Part shown: positions 63,771 through 64,000 of the stretch, piece by piece
Layout of the letters: the number at the start of each line of letters is the position of its first letter
Numbering within the stretch: the stretch's first letter is position 1
Assembly (NCBI GenBank): GCA_050951325.1
Contig: JBMNIW010000012.1
Location: forward strand, 352,001-416,000
Origin: Clostridia bacterium
GTDB taxonomy: Bacteria > Bacillota > Clostridia > UBA1212 > DUPL01
Length of the DNA: 64,000 nucleotides
Direction: 5' to 3'
Program-made: the position numbers and the translations under genes
Notes under the pieces: model-generated
Database searches by the model: none
The model's input: the letters and a program-made list of their open reading frames with translations, nothing else
What the model was told of the DNA's origin: nothing

Positions 63771-64000
63771 TTAAAATATAACAATGGTTTTATTAATATC
63801 ATTTATATCATAGGCAATTAAGCTGCCTCCGTTGTCGGTTGTATAGCTGTAAATAAATGTTTCGGATACATATATGTCTGTGGATTTTCTGTCAATTAAT
63901 AGGCTGCTTGCGCCAGTCTCGGTATCTATCCTGTACAAGCCCTGGTCTTTCTTCAATCCGGATGTGCTTCTTACGTATCCATCAATATACAAATACTTAT
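63771..64000 (-). CDS. 3' end of a gene entering from beyond the window (beta-propeller/DUF5050-like)
   Basis: Frame open to the window edge; YLYID...GLYRID...IYVSETFIY repeats. Confidence 0.5.
   Translation of the reverse strand, partial: KYLYIDGYVRSTSGLKKDQGLYRIDTETGASSLLIDRKSTDIYVSETFIYSYTTDNGGSLIAYDINDINKTIVIF

Overview
Chromosomal replication-origin region of a low-GC anaerobic Firmicute (Clostridia; the gyrB-soj-spo0J gene order resembles Acetivibrio/Ruminiclostridium relatives). It opens with rnpA(partial)-rpmH, dnaA-oriC-dnaN-yaaA-recF-remB-gyrB, three parS sites around parA-parB, and a tRNA-Ser(UGA). The rest mixes housekeeping genes (citrate synthase, ybaB-recR-prfA-sua5-ywlE-upp, uvrC), transport (ECF S component, polar amino-acid ABC transporter, ArsR/HMA/CadA, Ca-type P-ATPase) and many carbohydrate-active genes (GH2, GH78, GH106-like, two GH99-like surface enzymes, SGNH esterase, CE4). 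The best candidate for an undescribed system is the minus-strand block at 42.3-53.0 kb. It holds an AraC regulator, a Zn-dehydrogenase, an unassigned Cys-X-Glu glycyl radical enzyme and its activase. These follow an operon of a surface GH99-like hydrolase flanked by two members of an unrecognised surface-protein family, plus an O-acetylesterase. Other notable items: a circularly permuted amino-acid-binding lipoprotein, an apparently catalytically dead RAYT/Y1-transposase-like gene, a corrinoid protein-GH106-HAD operon, and a DnaN with a diverged clamp-binding cleft. No CRISPR array, rRNA, prophage or intact IS was seen. All family calls come from motif recognition by eye; no database was searched.
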